Assembly (NCBI GenBank): GCA_040954595.2
Contig: CM082583.2
Coordinates: 12,314,987-12,378,986, forward strand
From: Balanoglossus misakiensis
Lineage: Eukaryota > Animalia > Hemichordata
Reading direction: 5' to 3'
Length of the DNA stretch: 64,000 bases
Made by a program: the position numbers and the translations under genes. The notes beneath the pieces were generated by a model. It did no database searches. It was not told where the DNA came from and was given only the letters and a program-made list of their open reading frames with translations. Positions 11,913 through 25,359 of the stretch are shown piece after piece. Position 1 is the first letter of the stretch, and each line of letters starts with the position of its first letter.

Positions 11913-12744
11913 CACTGGCGATGAAAAACCTTGCCACGTAAGAAAGCCGCATAATCTGCATCACCGTTTTCATACGTCACTAACAAACTGTTGAAAGTAT
12001 CATTGTCACTGGTGGTGACTGTAAACCCCGTTACTCGGGAAAATCGTACTGTAACGGGGGGAGAGGGTCTCGGGATTGTTGAAAATTTAAAGAGCTAATT
12101 TTAGGGAACCTTTGAATGAGCATACCGAGTGCGCGAAATTAATTACTTTCAACAAATACGAAGTTTAACTCTACACTTTCAATAACTGGAAGATAGGCTT
12201 AATAAATGTGACATGTCGTACAGCAAAACTTTAATTTACTGCAGGTAAAGCAATCTAAAAGCCTATGAAAACGTGTCCTGATGCAATACATGTATCTGGT
12301 CTTTGGATAAAAGACCAGAGACCTCCGCCCGACACTTTTATTTTTTGGTGAATTAAATGCGCGTGGGGGAAAAGGTTTGTGTTATTTCAGAATGAAAATG
12401 ATATTCGGCTGGTGTCCTATATTTAAAATAAAAATAATGTTGCAATAATGATATGTCGCACTATATATATATATATACCAATTACAATTTCGTAAAGGGG
12501 GTCTACTATAAAATTAGGCCTGCACAAAAATAGCGCTACATACGCACTTTTTGCATGAAGTGATACCCAAATGAGTATTCAGCTCCATCGGAAACAGTAA
12601 ATTCCTTCTAGATTACAGACTACCGATCCACTAAATTTGCATCTTGCCTTTTCATTATTTTATTTTAGTCGTAAAATTTCCAAATAATCATCATCCTCAT
12701 CATCATCGTCCACGAACGTTGGGGGCAGCAGCAGATCTGGTACT

Positions 12745-13400
12745 GGGGATTCCCCACTTTCAACCAATCGTTTTCCTCTATGACGGGGATTTCCCAGAAG
12801 TGGGGTTCAGCACACTGGCCCTTTAATCACAGCTGATATCGTATACTGGCGTTCCCCGTAACCAAAGTGAAAGATAACATTTCCGATTAATCAGTTTGTT
12901 AGTCAGTGTTTTTCGTATTTCTCGACCGACATGGAGCACATCTCGCATCTCTGTTTCTGACTCATCATATGCGCGGAAACATCGTTGTGATGATGGGAGA
13001 CCGAAGTGGCTGAAATATTGAACTGCTCACAGTCACAGGGCCTGGTAAATTTTCTAATTATAGCTAAAAGACAATGGCGACGATTTTTTCGTCTACCTCC
13101 ATTATTGTGACAGGTTTTCCTGCCGATGCCAACGAAGACAAGTTGACCATATATTTTCAACGTCGGGGAATTTCCGGAGGAGGAGACGTCGATGGTGTCT
13201 GTATCCGAAACCATGGAAACGGTGACGAAGCAATCGTCAAATTCGCCGATCCCAAGGGTAGGTGTATTGGTATATTGACTGAGTGATAAAATCGTCAGCA
13301 ACCGGGGCAAAGTACAGTATGTGTTAGTCATACATGTACGTGTGCATATATTGTTGCGTACACTGCAGATTCATTTCGGGGATGCGATCGAAACGAAAGT
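12745..13400 (+). promoter_or_regulatory. NF-kB / STAT(GAS) / IRF(ISRE-like) motif cluster at the PARP14-like promoter
   Basis: GGGGATTCCCC (12745-12755), GGGGATTTCCC (12785-12795) overlapping TTCCCAGAA (12791-12799), AACCAAAGTGAAAG (12860-12873), GGGGAATTTCC (13165-13175, in exon 1) and GAAACGAAAGT (13390-13400, intron 1). Confidence 0.6.
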
Positions 13401-14548
13401 AATGTGAAAACTGTCAATTTGATCGAGCCGCATGTATAAAATTATGTAAGATTATGTGCATTTAATTGATGACATGGAAAGTGCATTCTTATAATTGTTT
13501 CAACAAATCGACGGCCACGGCAATTTAATATTGACCCATGGTTTGGTACGGCCGCATAATTTATCGATTAATATAAAAACTGAAGCAAACAAGTACGTAT
13601 CACGTGTTCGATGAAATACGTGTGTTGAGGCGTTTTTATTTACAATATATGACGTTGTACTGGAAGAATCTTTTTGTCTATAATAATTAATCCCCGGTTA
13701 TTTAGTACCAGAGAATGAGTGCATGATTGCATTTCGTGATGGAGAATATTTTGGCATATTGGCATCACACAGCAGACGTACGTGTCATTCGATCATTTCT
13801 GACAGAAAAATTGAAGACAGGCAATATTTATTGTGCCATTGCAGTTGTTCAGCGCGTCTTGGAGAGAAGTCATACATTCAATGAACAGCCGTTGACGGTG
13901 AAACCATGTCCCGTAGAATTAGAACCAATCTTTGATGAAAGCAGTAGCAGCAGCAGCAGTGATGACAGTGACAGTGAGGAGGATGGCGGAAAACAAGAAC
14001 CTGTTGCTAGGCAACCTCAGATGTTGGGCGTGGACCAAAAGGGTGGTACTGATAGTGTGGGGATGGAAGGTGCTGTAAGGACAATAGATGGAGATAAATC
14101 AGATGGGGAACAGCAGCATTTTTACCTTCCGTCATCAATTTTTGGCTCTGACAATAGTGACAATGGTGATGGTGACGTTAAAGACGTTGACGGTGGTGGT
14201 GATGGTTGGCAACTGTGCGATGACAGTGATGGACCCGGTGAGAAAAGCCAAGAGCGTGTCAGTTATGCAGATACTGGTGCTGTTGATGGTGACCACGTGG
14301 TAGGTGCTGATGATGGTGATGCTGGAAGTCTTGTTGATGGTTATGTTGTTGTTGATGTAGACAAGAACAAGGAGATTGACATTCCTGAAGAAGACAACAA
14401 TGACATTATGTGCTCCAGAAAGACAGAGCAGGACAATCAACAGCAACAGCCACTACTACCACAGATTAATGAACGAAGTGAGAGGATATATCCTTCCCTT
14501 GGTGAACTTGGTGAAAAGCTGCCCACTGTCAGACAAGAACCAACAAAA

Positions 14549-14634
<86 letters not shown>

Positions 14635-17600
14635 GGATGATGATGATGTCAAGATTGAAAAAACTGATGACATCTCTCCAGAAGGGATGGGAGGAGGTGT
14701 TGTAGATGATGAGAAAGGGGGGCAAGGAGAAAGAAAACCTGCAAAACCAAAGGATACTGATGATTCTGATGGAGAAGACAGTGCAACAACGGAAGAGGAC
14801 TCAGAAGAGGAAACTGGTGCTGAACCCAAAATGAAAGAAGAAAGGGAAGCTACGAATATGTCATCCCTTCGAGAGTTTGCCAAAACGTACAAGGAAAACC
14901 TGCGCAATATAAACCCACTGATGGAATCTATGCCTTTCCCAGGCTCATATCCAAAATTTTATCCCGGAGCGTATCCTGATGCTTCCATGAGAAACCCACA
15001 CGGACAATTTCCACCTCACATGCCACCACCACCACCAATGCCACCAGTATACCCGGCAATGGCTGGTTTTGACCCTCGAATGTATAATTATCCTGCACCG
15101 GTTGGAGTTCCGCCCCAAGTATCTCAAAGTAACACTGCACAGCAATATCCGATACCTGCAGAGCCACAAGAGATCGACCCAATACCAAAACCAAATGTAC
15201 CACCAGGTCAGTGAAATTATCCAAATGCAAAAAAATGTATTTGATTGTGAAACTTGAATCCCACTTTTTTGTTCGAGGTGGATGCTTTTGCTATTGTGAC
15301 TTACATCACTTTGTTTTTTTGTGTGATTGTAGTTGTAGCACCTGTACATGAAGAGCAGCAGCATAGTTGGCCAAACAAGGAGAACCAGGAGTGTGTGAAG
15401 AATGAAGACACAGAAGCGAAACCCACACCTAGCTCCCCCTCCTCCTCATCTTCTTCTTCTGAGGATGATGATGATGATGATGAAGATGGTGGTGGTGATG
15501 ATGATCCTGGTATTGTACATACTGACAGCAGAGAGGAGGAGGATCTTTCTGGGCCAGTAAATGATGACAAAGATGCAACACTCTCAAGTGACGAACCAGA
15601 GCCAGACACGATAGAAGTCACCAATTTGTCCCCCGAGACAACAGAGGAGCTCATGGAAATGTACTTTGAAAGTCGAAGGAGTGGTGGGGGTCCTGTAACT
15701 AAGGTTGAGTTAGCCTCAGACAGAGCGTATGTGACCTTTGCAAACCCATCAGGTAAGTTTTGTAGATCGGTTGAAGGCAAGCTTCCTGATAAATACGGAA
15801 CTTTAGTACTCAAATTGATGTATACCTGTGATTAGTAATGTTGTTATATTTTCCTGAAGCATCTGCTAACGCAAAATGTAAGATAGATTCACTCATTATA
15901 ATTAAAATTTGATTATAATTATGACTTATCAATGGGATGCTCACTCTTATACCATATGATATTTCTATTTCTACCTAGATGTTGTGGCTGTCTTGAAGAA
16001 AACACACAAACTTAATCAGCGTACGCTACAAGTTCGAGTCGCTCCTCCGTTGCCACCGGTTGATCCTCTGAGAGTCATTGTCAAGGTCAGTAGAATTTAA
16101 TGGGTAATTGTATTTTGTTTCAAAATAATGTTTGAGCAACACATGACTTTCAGTAAAATTTTGTGTTGGCCAACTAGTGTGCTACATGCATAAGTCTAAA
16201 TATTTCAAAAAACTTGTCCTTGTGGTGGGTCTGTATAGAATATTGCAGAGAAGACAACCGAAGATTGCCTGTTTCTCTTCATGGAACACATGAGTGGATG
16301 TGAAGTGAACCAGGTGGAGTATGGGATGGAGGAAGGTGTTGCTATGGTGACATTCACTGATAAACCAGGTGGGTTTTTTGTTTTCTTGTTGGTGCAGCAA
16401 AACACTCAATATTTTAGACCAAGAAACTATATTTGCTACACCGAACAAAAATACTGGAAAAAAATAGACATAATTTTCAGCTAATATCCATCCTTTTAAT
16501 CTATCAGTTTTTGACAAAATGGCGGAGAAAACCCTGAAGAAGAAGCTGGACGGCAACATTGTTGATCTGAGTCAAGTCTTGGTCACAGACTGCGTTCTGG
16601 TTGCTGGCATCAATCAGGTCACAAATGAAGACACTTTGGAGCTCTATTTCGAAAGTAAACGAAGCAGAGGTGGCGAAGTTCGCGACGTTGAATGGAACCA
16701 CGAATCACACACAGCGGTGGTTTCTTTTGATGATTTTGATGGTGAGTGTTGTGAAAGTGATCAAATCAGAACGTTTCTCTGGAAGGTACAGAGTCGCAAA
16801 TCTGCAAGAATATCAAGCCATGGTCTTGGCTCTTTTTGCGTGGAACAAATCTCACTCTGAGAATTAAGATCTAAAATTGTCAGTCAGAAAGTTGTGCCAG
16901 GTGATGTCCTTTAGTAGGGTTTTATAATGATTTGTAAGACTGGTAAATGCTTCCATGATGTAGTTACATATTAAATAATTGTGACTTATTTCTTTTCCAG
17001 TTGTTGAGAGAGTGGTACAACAAAAACATGTCTTGAACAGTGCAACACTGACAGTGGTTCCCTACTATCAATCATTTGGACCCCCGAGGTCCATGAAGGA
17101 GTTCTTCATCCCAAACCTGCCAGATCCAGTAACCATTGAGGTGGACCCATCAGTGGCAGAGTTCATCATGAAATGGGGAGAGCATCAGGCTGTGGTTGAT
17201 CGGGAGATGGAAGGTCTCCACGCCAAAGTAGAATGGACTTCTGTGAGGAGTGGGGGTGTAGAAATCAGCCCAACCCTGACTGTAGATATGGAAGACATCC
17301 GGAATCTGGTGAAAACTTGGTCCAGTGATGTGAAACAGAGAGCTGATGAAATCCTTGGAGAATTTTCTTCCAAGGAAGCCAAGGCTGCACCAGAGTTGTG
17401 GCCAAAGCTGAGAGAGAGACTGGCGGAAATCAAAAGCATTGGTGAACAGTCGCAGCTGCAGGTAGAGGAGGATGATGGAAACCACACCGTCACTTTCACC
17501 GGACTGGCAGGGCACGTCACCGAGGCAACCGATGCGTACCGGAAGGTTGTCAAGGAGATAGAGGAGAAGATGAAGATCGAGGCGACCGTGGTGTCTGACC

Positions 17601-20600
17601 GGTGTCTCAACGTCAAAGTTGACAAGTTGCGACTTCTGCAAACGATGAATGTGGAGAGTCAATCACCTGATGAAGACGTGGAAGTGAAGATCGCCTTGGA
17701 GCAAAATGAAATCACTTTTAGGGGTCAGTCATCGTTGGTCATGGAAACCAAACTGAAGATTTTGCAAACTCTGTCAAATGTTCTAGAGAAAGAATTGGAG
17801 CTTCCGGCGGATGTTGTGACATTGGTGAAGAAAAATTTCAGTCAAGTTGAAAAGTGGCTGGCTGCGAAATGTCAGGTCATTGTCACAGTTGACTATAATG
17901 GGGCGCAAGTTACAGCCATGTCGAGACAGGACCTGGATGTTGCAGTTGCCTTTCTGGGGGGTCTAATCGTAAAAGATGAAATCCCTTTGAAACAAGGATG
18001 GGAGCCTCTCATGGATGACATTAACTTGCAAAAGCTAATCAGCAAACTGGAAACTGATCATTTGCTTGACATCAAAATTGTGAAATCCACAATCAAGTTT
18101 ATCGGTACACAAGATGCTGTCGACCTAGCCACCAGACAGATTGAAAAATTCATGTCAGATAATGCCATATATGAAGTGGTTGTCAAGGCGACGCCCGCCG
18201 TGCTGCAAGTTTTATTCACCCACCACCAGACGTTTATTGAGGACACAGAGAAGGGACAGCGGCATCAGAAAGTGAAAATCAAGCGAGCTAAAAACGGACT
18301 GCAGATTTCCGGTACCAGTACAGGAACGACAAACGCCAGAACCTCAATAGAAGCCATTTTGAGTACTTTCATGACGGAGAGGATGACAATAGACAAACCA
18401 GGTATGTGGCAGAAAAGTTGATCGCTCTCTGCATTGTGTGCCTTGCATGACAAGTACCAGTATTTCACCAGTTATTCTTTGGAAGAAAAATTGAACCAGT
18501 AATTATATGTATGCTTACAGCATGAAACTGTTTTGTTTCAGGCGTCAGAAAAATATTTGAGCAAGGAGATGCAACAAATATACAGTGGATAAGCATGGTA
18601 GAAAAAGAGCATCAGTGTGCAATAAATGTTGAATCCAAAATCGATGATGGTGCTGCGTCTATAGGCAGACATGACGATGCCATTGCTGCAACTGCATTTG
18701 CTTCTGAGGTGATGTATAGATAAAAATTCTTATGTCAGCAATCTGATCATTTGTTTTCAGCAAAGGTCTTGTGCACAACCAGACAAGCCTTGTTAGACAT
18801 TCAGTCCTAAGGCCGTAATATTGTATCACTTTGCTATTGACTGTGTGTCAATTAGACAGAATGATATTTATTCACACGTACTAATGGTGTGGATGCTAAC
18901 TTTCTTCTGCAATTCTTTGCACTTTTTCAGTCATCGAGTGAAGTTCCTGCAATGCCGCAGCTGCAGAGGACCCCTTCACCCAAACCAAGGTGATTTAGCC
19001 CCATTTGCTCCATATATGCAGCTGATGAAATCTTTGGTCAATGGCCTAAGAAGTGATATTTGCATGTATGTTAGTGAATAGGGGTGCATTGGAAATTGGG
19101 CCACTTGCCAAAATTCAAATTCTTGTCATATATTAGAGGGGAAGTCCACTTGCTTGGTGTAAATGCTGCCAATTTTCACACAAAATGGTTGTGATCTGCA
19201 CACAGGCATCGTAGTCACAGTACCCCTAGCCACAGAAGATCTCGGCAACATCAAACCACCCACAGTCATGGTGGAAGTGGGGACAAGATAAGCACAGCAG
19301 AGGGAATTGATATTATACTCAAACAAGGAGACATCACTCAGGAACAGGTCAGTCAGTCAGTGTGTCTGCAAAGAAGTTCACCATACGAGATTTTTTAAAA
19401 GTTAGATATTGGACAGTTTTACTCTCCCACACTCAGGAATATAATTTTTATCTCCATCTGTCTCCCTGGTATTGTAAAAGTTAAAGTGATCTTACCCTTT
19501 TTGCAAAATCTGTAACATTTTCTGGATGTCCATCCTAGGCTGATGTCTTGGTGAATACATGTGCTGGTAATCTGAAGTTGTCTGGTGGTGGTGGTGTTGC
19601 CAATGCGTTTGGTCAGGCTGGTGGGTCTCAGCTGCAACAGGTAAAATAAAACCCACTGTCATTATCCAAGTTATTTTTTTTGACAATTTCTCAAGGAATA
19701 CTAGTTCAATCAGATGTAGAGTTGGCTTGGTCCCCCATTTGCTGTTTCTTTGCTGTTCTGGTCTTGGATGTAGTGTGATGGGCATCTGAGAACAGAACAG
19801 CCAAGAACCAGCTAATATAAGGATCGATCGCGCCAACCCTACATCTGATTTTAAGCAGGTTGACCATAGTATACTGTACGAGTCTGCATCTTCTGCAAAT
19901 GAAAAAAAAGAAGAGATTTCTGAAGTTCTTTGCTTGGTAACTATGGTGACACTCATTCTCTTACTCAGTACTGTGATGCCATTGGTAAAGCCAACACTGG
20001 TGAAGTTGTTGAAACTGATGCGGCTGGTGCCCTCACGTGTCAGTCTGTGTATCATGCTGTTATGCCGTCATCGGGTCGTAATGATGGTCAGGTAAGATCT
20101 TCCCTGTGAGGCTTATACGATTTGTGTTCTGAGATTTGGAAACCTGGTTGCCTCTGATTTAATTCCTCTGATTTGAGTTTTTTTTTTCATTCTATCAATT
20201 CTTCTTTCAGACTGTCTGCGACATTGTTAATGAATGCCTTACAATGGCCAGCAATGATAATTTTGGATCGGTGGCTTTCCCAGCCATTGGCACTGGTAAC
20301 CTTGGTTACCCGAGGGACGAGGTCGCGCAAAGCATGTACGATGAAATATTCAGATTCAGTCAGCAAAATCCAAACACTTCCTTGAGGGTAAGTGGATGAT
20401 GTCTGTTTTCATATTTGTGGTTTTAGTGGTCTATGTGAGAATTAATTACTTGGTTTGATCTTTTATTGAACTACTGCAGGTGCATGGGGGAGGCCAAACT
20501 TTCTGAACCCATAGTTTATTTCTTTTGATCATTTCAGACCATTTACTTCGTGGTTTTCGACGGTGGAACGGTGCAAGCATTCCTGACAGAACTAGCACAA

Positions 20601-23600
20601 AGACAAGGCCATCCAGTGCAATTACCAGTAACACCCAACATCCCTGTTCAAAGGAGCATGTACAGTAAGCGGAGTGCACAGATTTCCTCTCAAAGATTCA
20701 GGCACGCAAAGTCTTTAAGACAACAAATGCAGCCTCGTATGAGTCCAGCATTGCGGAAGTCGCGGTTTGCATCGGTCAGTGCTCCAGCCTCCGGACAGCA
20801 AAAAATGACCATAGGTGGCATCACATTGGAAGTCCAACAAGGTGACCTTACGCAGGAGACCACTGATGTCATCGTCAACTGCACAGGTGGCAATATACGT
20901 AAGTCACCATATATGGGGTACATAATAGTTGGCAGGGAGGGGGTTTGTGTTAGAATCTGCACCTTTATGCATGGATAGAGGCAGAATTTTTTTCAAGAAA
21001 CAACTTCCCACATAGTCATATTTTTTTTCATTTTTCAGTTTCTGGTGGTGGAGTCACAAAAGCTCTGATTGCAGCTGGTGGCAGTGCCTTACAACAAGCA
21101 TGTCAGCAGTATACAGGCCAAGCACAAGGATCTGTAGTACAAACAGGTACTCACACACAGACATGTATACACAGATTACATGACTGTATAACAATGTACA
21201 TGTACCTGGTACAGTACTTGTACCAGTATATATTGGTACTTTACTCCTATCTGATTTTTTAAAAATTGAAGAAATGTCCACTTTACCAGTATAGAGGGTC
21301 TTTATAGTGGTTCTATGCAAAAGGGCTACAATTAATGTGCAATTGATGTATCGATGTATCTTAATTCTCTTGAAGTCGGTGGCAATCTCTCCTGTCAGAA
21401 TGTCTACCACCTGGTCAACCCACCTCCTCAGACTCTGAAAGACTCAATACTGAAGTGTCTTCAGATGGCTGAAAACAGTGGCATGAACTCCATTGCATTC
21501 CCAGCTGTGGGTACAGGTATGTGTTTTAAATTGTATCATTCATCTGACTAAGATAACGTACGTGAGTTAAGAGATTTAAAATTATGCAGATGAGAATTTT
21601 GTGGTTTCACATTTACCATTTCACAGGCAGCCATGGTACGACGCCTCAAGCCTGTGCCCAGGGGTTGTTGGAGGGCATAGACAACTTCACACAGCAGAAT
21701 CCGGCCGGAAATTTACAGCTGGTTCGGATAACGGTATTCCAGGCTCAACACTTGCCAGTATTCCACGCGGAGATGAACAACTATTCACAGTCCGGCATTG
21801 TGTCATCTGGTTTTCGCCCATTGAAACGCCAATTGTTCACTCAAGCTCCTATGGCTGTAATGTTTCCAGCCACTCCTGTTCCTGTTCCGTTGCCCGTACC
21901 TGCAGCTGGAAATTCAGCCACAACTCCAGCACCAAAGAAGAAAAGTAAGGAAGGAATATTGTTCATCATGCATCTATATAGGTGTCACCTGCAGTTACTG
22001 ATTTTTGTGCTGAGAGCAATAAACATCTATGTATAAGTCTTATGTGTGCCATCATGTGTGATATGTGTGCATGTGTACATGAACTAGAAACTGATTCTTT
22101 TACCATGAAGATTTCAATTATACCTAATTAATTTTATCCAATATTTTCAATATCAATTGCTATCTGTAAACGGCAGCTTCAGTTAATATTACCTATTTTA
22201 TTTCAGACTGGGATATACTTTGTATTTTCAACAATTTTTCTGTTCTTCTCAACATTACCAGAGGACAGTCGCACTGTGTGGTCTGCCTTCAAGGACTTTG
22301 TGTCTGGAATTGGCAGTTCAAAGAGCAGAAAGACGGAACTCACTGGCATCTCATTATCAATCACTGCAGCAGATAAATTGCATATCAACTGTGCCAAAGA
22401 TGCTATCAACAAGTTCCTCTCTGACCAGCTGAAAGAAACAGTAAGTGGAGTTTACATTGTGACTTATTTTTTTTACTCTGGACAAATGTCCAGATTTTTC
22501 TGATTGCAAGGTTTTAGACATTATATGCATGTACCATACCCTCTGAAAGGGAATTATCTTTCACCCTGGTCGTGGCATATTTTTTTAACCACAGGAACTT
22601 CGTAGCCCTATGATTGGAAAACTCAGCCGTGTTGAACTGGAATCACTTGAGGTACTTGGCATTCAGCATGACGTAAGGGTTGAAAAAGGTACAGAGCATA
22701 TATCATTCAATTCTAAAATATTACTTTACATCTGTGCATAAAATAACTTATCTTCTGATACAGATGATTTCTTACCTGTACATTGATGTTAAGAAAATAA
22801 TGATTGGCAGAGATGACACTGTCATCGTGTCCAAATTTCACAGATTGTGACTTCAACTTGCAGTCTTTACCCTTCAATGCTATTTTTTCCGTCATCAGAT
22901 GGCAGAAATAACATCCTCAAATTGTCGGGCAACACCAATGATGTCCTTCACGTCTACTCGGAAATTTCCTCGATTCTAGACGCAAAAAAAGATGAGCAGG
23001 CGCAGAAGGAAAAGGCTGAGCTGCAAAAGAAAAGTGTCCAATGGTAAGTGGATCGAGTTTTTGTCCTCATTGCTATTTATTAATTCATAAAAATATGCTT
23101 GGAATGAAAACTTGACATTACCAAGTGATTGGACTTTTTAGTACGTCCTACAGAACAAAGATTGCAAAATAAAAAAGCCAGTTCCTCGACTGATCCTGAA
23201 GGACTGGGAAGGTTGATTTGCACTGACTGACACACACAACACTCATGTTGCATGCGTTGATCACAACAGATCATGCAGATAGATGTTTTTTCAATTGTTA
23301 TTCCAGGTACTGGTACGACAGCAAGTGTCAGCACATGATTGCATACGACGCGATCACTAATATGATAATAGAAGAGGCGTTTGATAGCAAGAAATCAGAG
23401 GTATTTTACGACCTGAATGACAACGGGCAGCGTCAGAAATGTAAAATAGATTTCAAAAAGAAGGAGGAAATCATTTTAGGGACAAAAGAGACACATAAAG
23501 TCAATAGAGAAGATTTACTTTCGAATACTGTCTCAATACAAGGTAGGTACCATCTTCTTAATGTCCATTGCAACAATAAAAACTTATAGTCTTTGGCATA

Positions 23601-24613
23601 CTCATTAAACTTTCATTTTCCATACTATTGAAAAATGTACTTTCAATGTAAGATACATGAGTATGCATGAAAATAATACAGTTTTGATTCTGTATTTAAA
23701 TGTTCATAATATAGGAAGTGTCATACCATCCAATTGGGATCCCCAGCCACTCCAAGCAAACAACCAACCAGTCTCATGTCATCGAGTGAATTTGCCACAA
23801 GGTCATCCAGAGTATCAGACGGTCCAAGCAGCATTCAGCAGAGGTGGTCGCCAAGTTGTAGCCATTGAACGCATTCAGAATCCGCATCTGTGGCAGCAAT
23901 ACTGTGCGCAGAAGGACAAGATGAACGCGCAGAATCAAACTCGTGGGTAAGAGTTAGCTCAGCAATGTTTCTTGATGCCTAGGGAGCTGTGTGAAAAATA
24001 TGTTAAGAAAGAAACGTATTAAACAAAGAGCTCGACTTCACTGAGTTGTATATAATTTGCGCTTTTACCTTCAGAGCCAATGAGCAGCTGGTATTCCATG
24101 GAACAAGCGAGGCTTCAATTGATAACATCAATGAGAAAGGATTTAACAGAAGTTTCAGTGGCAGGGCTCATGGTGAGTTGTACATATTTGGCTTTGGAAA
24201 TAATGACAAGAATGTTACGCGTTATGTTGATTCACAAAGGTTGTTATCACAAATTACAATCAGACCCCATTTACATGCAAGTATATATACATATATATAA
24301 TATACCTGTATACTCCACTTTTCATCTTACAGGAACTGCCCTTGGCAATGGCACATACTTTGCTGTGAATCCTGGCACATCTCTAAGTTATTCAAGAACA
24401 GGAAGTAGTGGTTATTGTTATATGTACTACGCTAGAGTCTTGGCTGGAGAGTACACACGGGGACAGCCCCGTATAGTCTTACCCCCACCCAAAGACCCAA
24501 ACAAGCCCTTTGATGTCTACGACACAACAGTGGACAACGTCAGCAACCCAAATGTATACGTTATATTCAATGACAATCAAGGTTATCCTGAATATCTGAT
24601 AAAATTCCAATAA
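13074..24613 (+). CDS. PARP14: PARP14-like macrodomain mono-ADP-ribosyltransferase (4 RRM-like modules, KH-like region, 2 macrodomains, WWE, PARP catalytic domain); about 24 exons
   Basis: Approximate exons: 13074-13257, 13845-15206, 15333/9-15752, 15979-16085, 16239-16368, 16508-16741, 17001-18401, 18542-18708, 18931-18989, 19206-19347, 19539-19640, 19969-20091, 20211-20387, 20538-20898, 21039-21146, 21376-21516, 21627-21944, 22262-22440, 22595-22688, 22899-23044, 23307-23541, 23715-23946, 24075-24172, 24333-24613. Motifs: LELYFESKRSRGGEV (RRM-like), QGDITQEQADVLVN..FPAIGTGNLGYP and QGDLTQETTDVIVN..FPAVGTG (macro), VQWYWYD..YD..IEEAF (WWE), IERIQNPHLW, VFHGT, GFNRSF, GNGTYFA, RVLAGEY and YPEYLI (ART). 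The symbol denotes family likeness, not proven orthology. Confidence 0.92.
14549..14647 (+). repeat. Coding trinucleotide repeat (GAT)28-GAG-(GAT)4, poly-Asp
   Basis: Directly visible inside PARP14-like exon 2. Confidence 0.97.
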
Positions 24614-25353
24614 AGAAGTTCCTCTTGCCATCGGGTCATATATTATTCCAGAGTGTACATGCACCCACTTTTGAAGTGGTATGCAGGTTATAGAAGTTAT
24701 TTGTAACAAGATGTTTTAGGAAAATAAATTTTTGCCGTAAAAATCGTGTGTCTTTTTTTGAAAATTAACTTTACTCAGACTTAAGCAAGACAAAAAAAAA
24801 CCCACTGTAATCTGTCAATCTACATTGTTCTTCCATATTTTAACAATTGCTTATGTCCAAATTCTTTCTCATAATTCCAAACTGCAGCTCGTTTTTTTAA
24901 CAGAAAAATATGCTGATTTAATCAATTCGCTTTTAACCCAACTCATTTACACTTCTCTGTTGTGTATCAGATTTTCATTGCTTGCTTCGTCACAAAAATA
25001 CATGAAATTTATCTACACAATTTACTGTGATGGACTCTGTCTCTTGAAATTTGACTGTTACATGTATAATAAAGTGTTAAACAATTATCACAAAGTATGC
25101 CTTATTTTCTGTCAAAGCGTGATTGGTAAGAAAGTCATGATCAAAACAAAACAACTCCAAGCATTAGGGACTGGTCAGTTTCTTCGGCCTGGGATGGGTG
25201 GATTCTATTTTGTAGATATCAAAAATTAAAGTGACTGACAACCCCCCCCCCCCCCCCCTCCCTTCTTGAAGATGGAAAAGTGGGTTTATCAGGGTGGGCA
25301 AAACAGATAAACCACACACAAAATGTTAGATCTTGTTAGAAAAAGCAGACTAT

Positions 25354-25359
25354 TTTATT
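25354..25359 (-). terminator. Candidate polyadenylation signal for the NCX-like gene (about 3 kb 3' UTR)
   Basis: AATAAA on the minus strand, followed downstream by T/GT-rich sequence. It is one of several possible sites. Confidence 0.35.

Noticed and set aside
10900-12740. CHASERR-like lncRNA upstream of CHD
   Set aside because: No convincing minus-strand exon chain or motif set is visible; only expression data could support it.
14088-14907. Overlapping poly-Met, poly-Ser and poly-Ile ORFs
   Set aside because: They are alternative-frame readings of the (GAT)n repeat inside the PARP exon.
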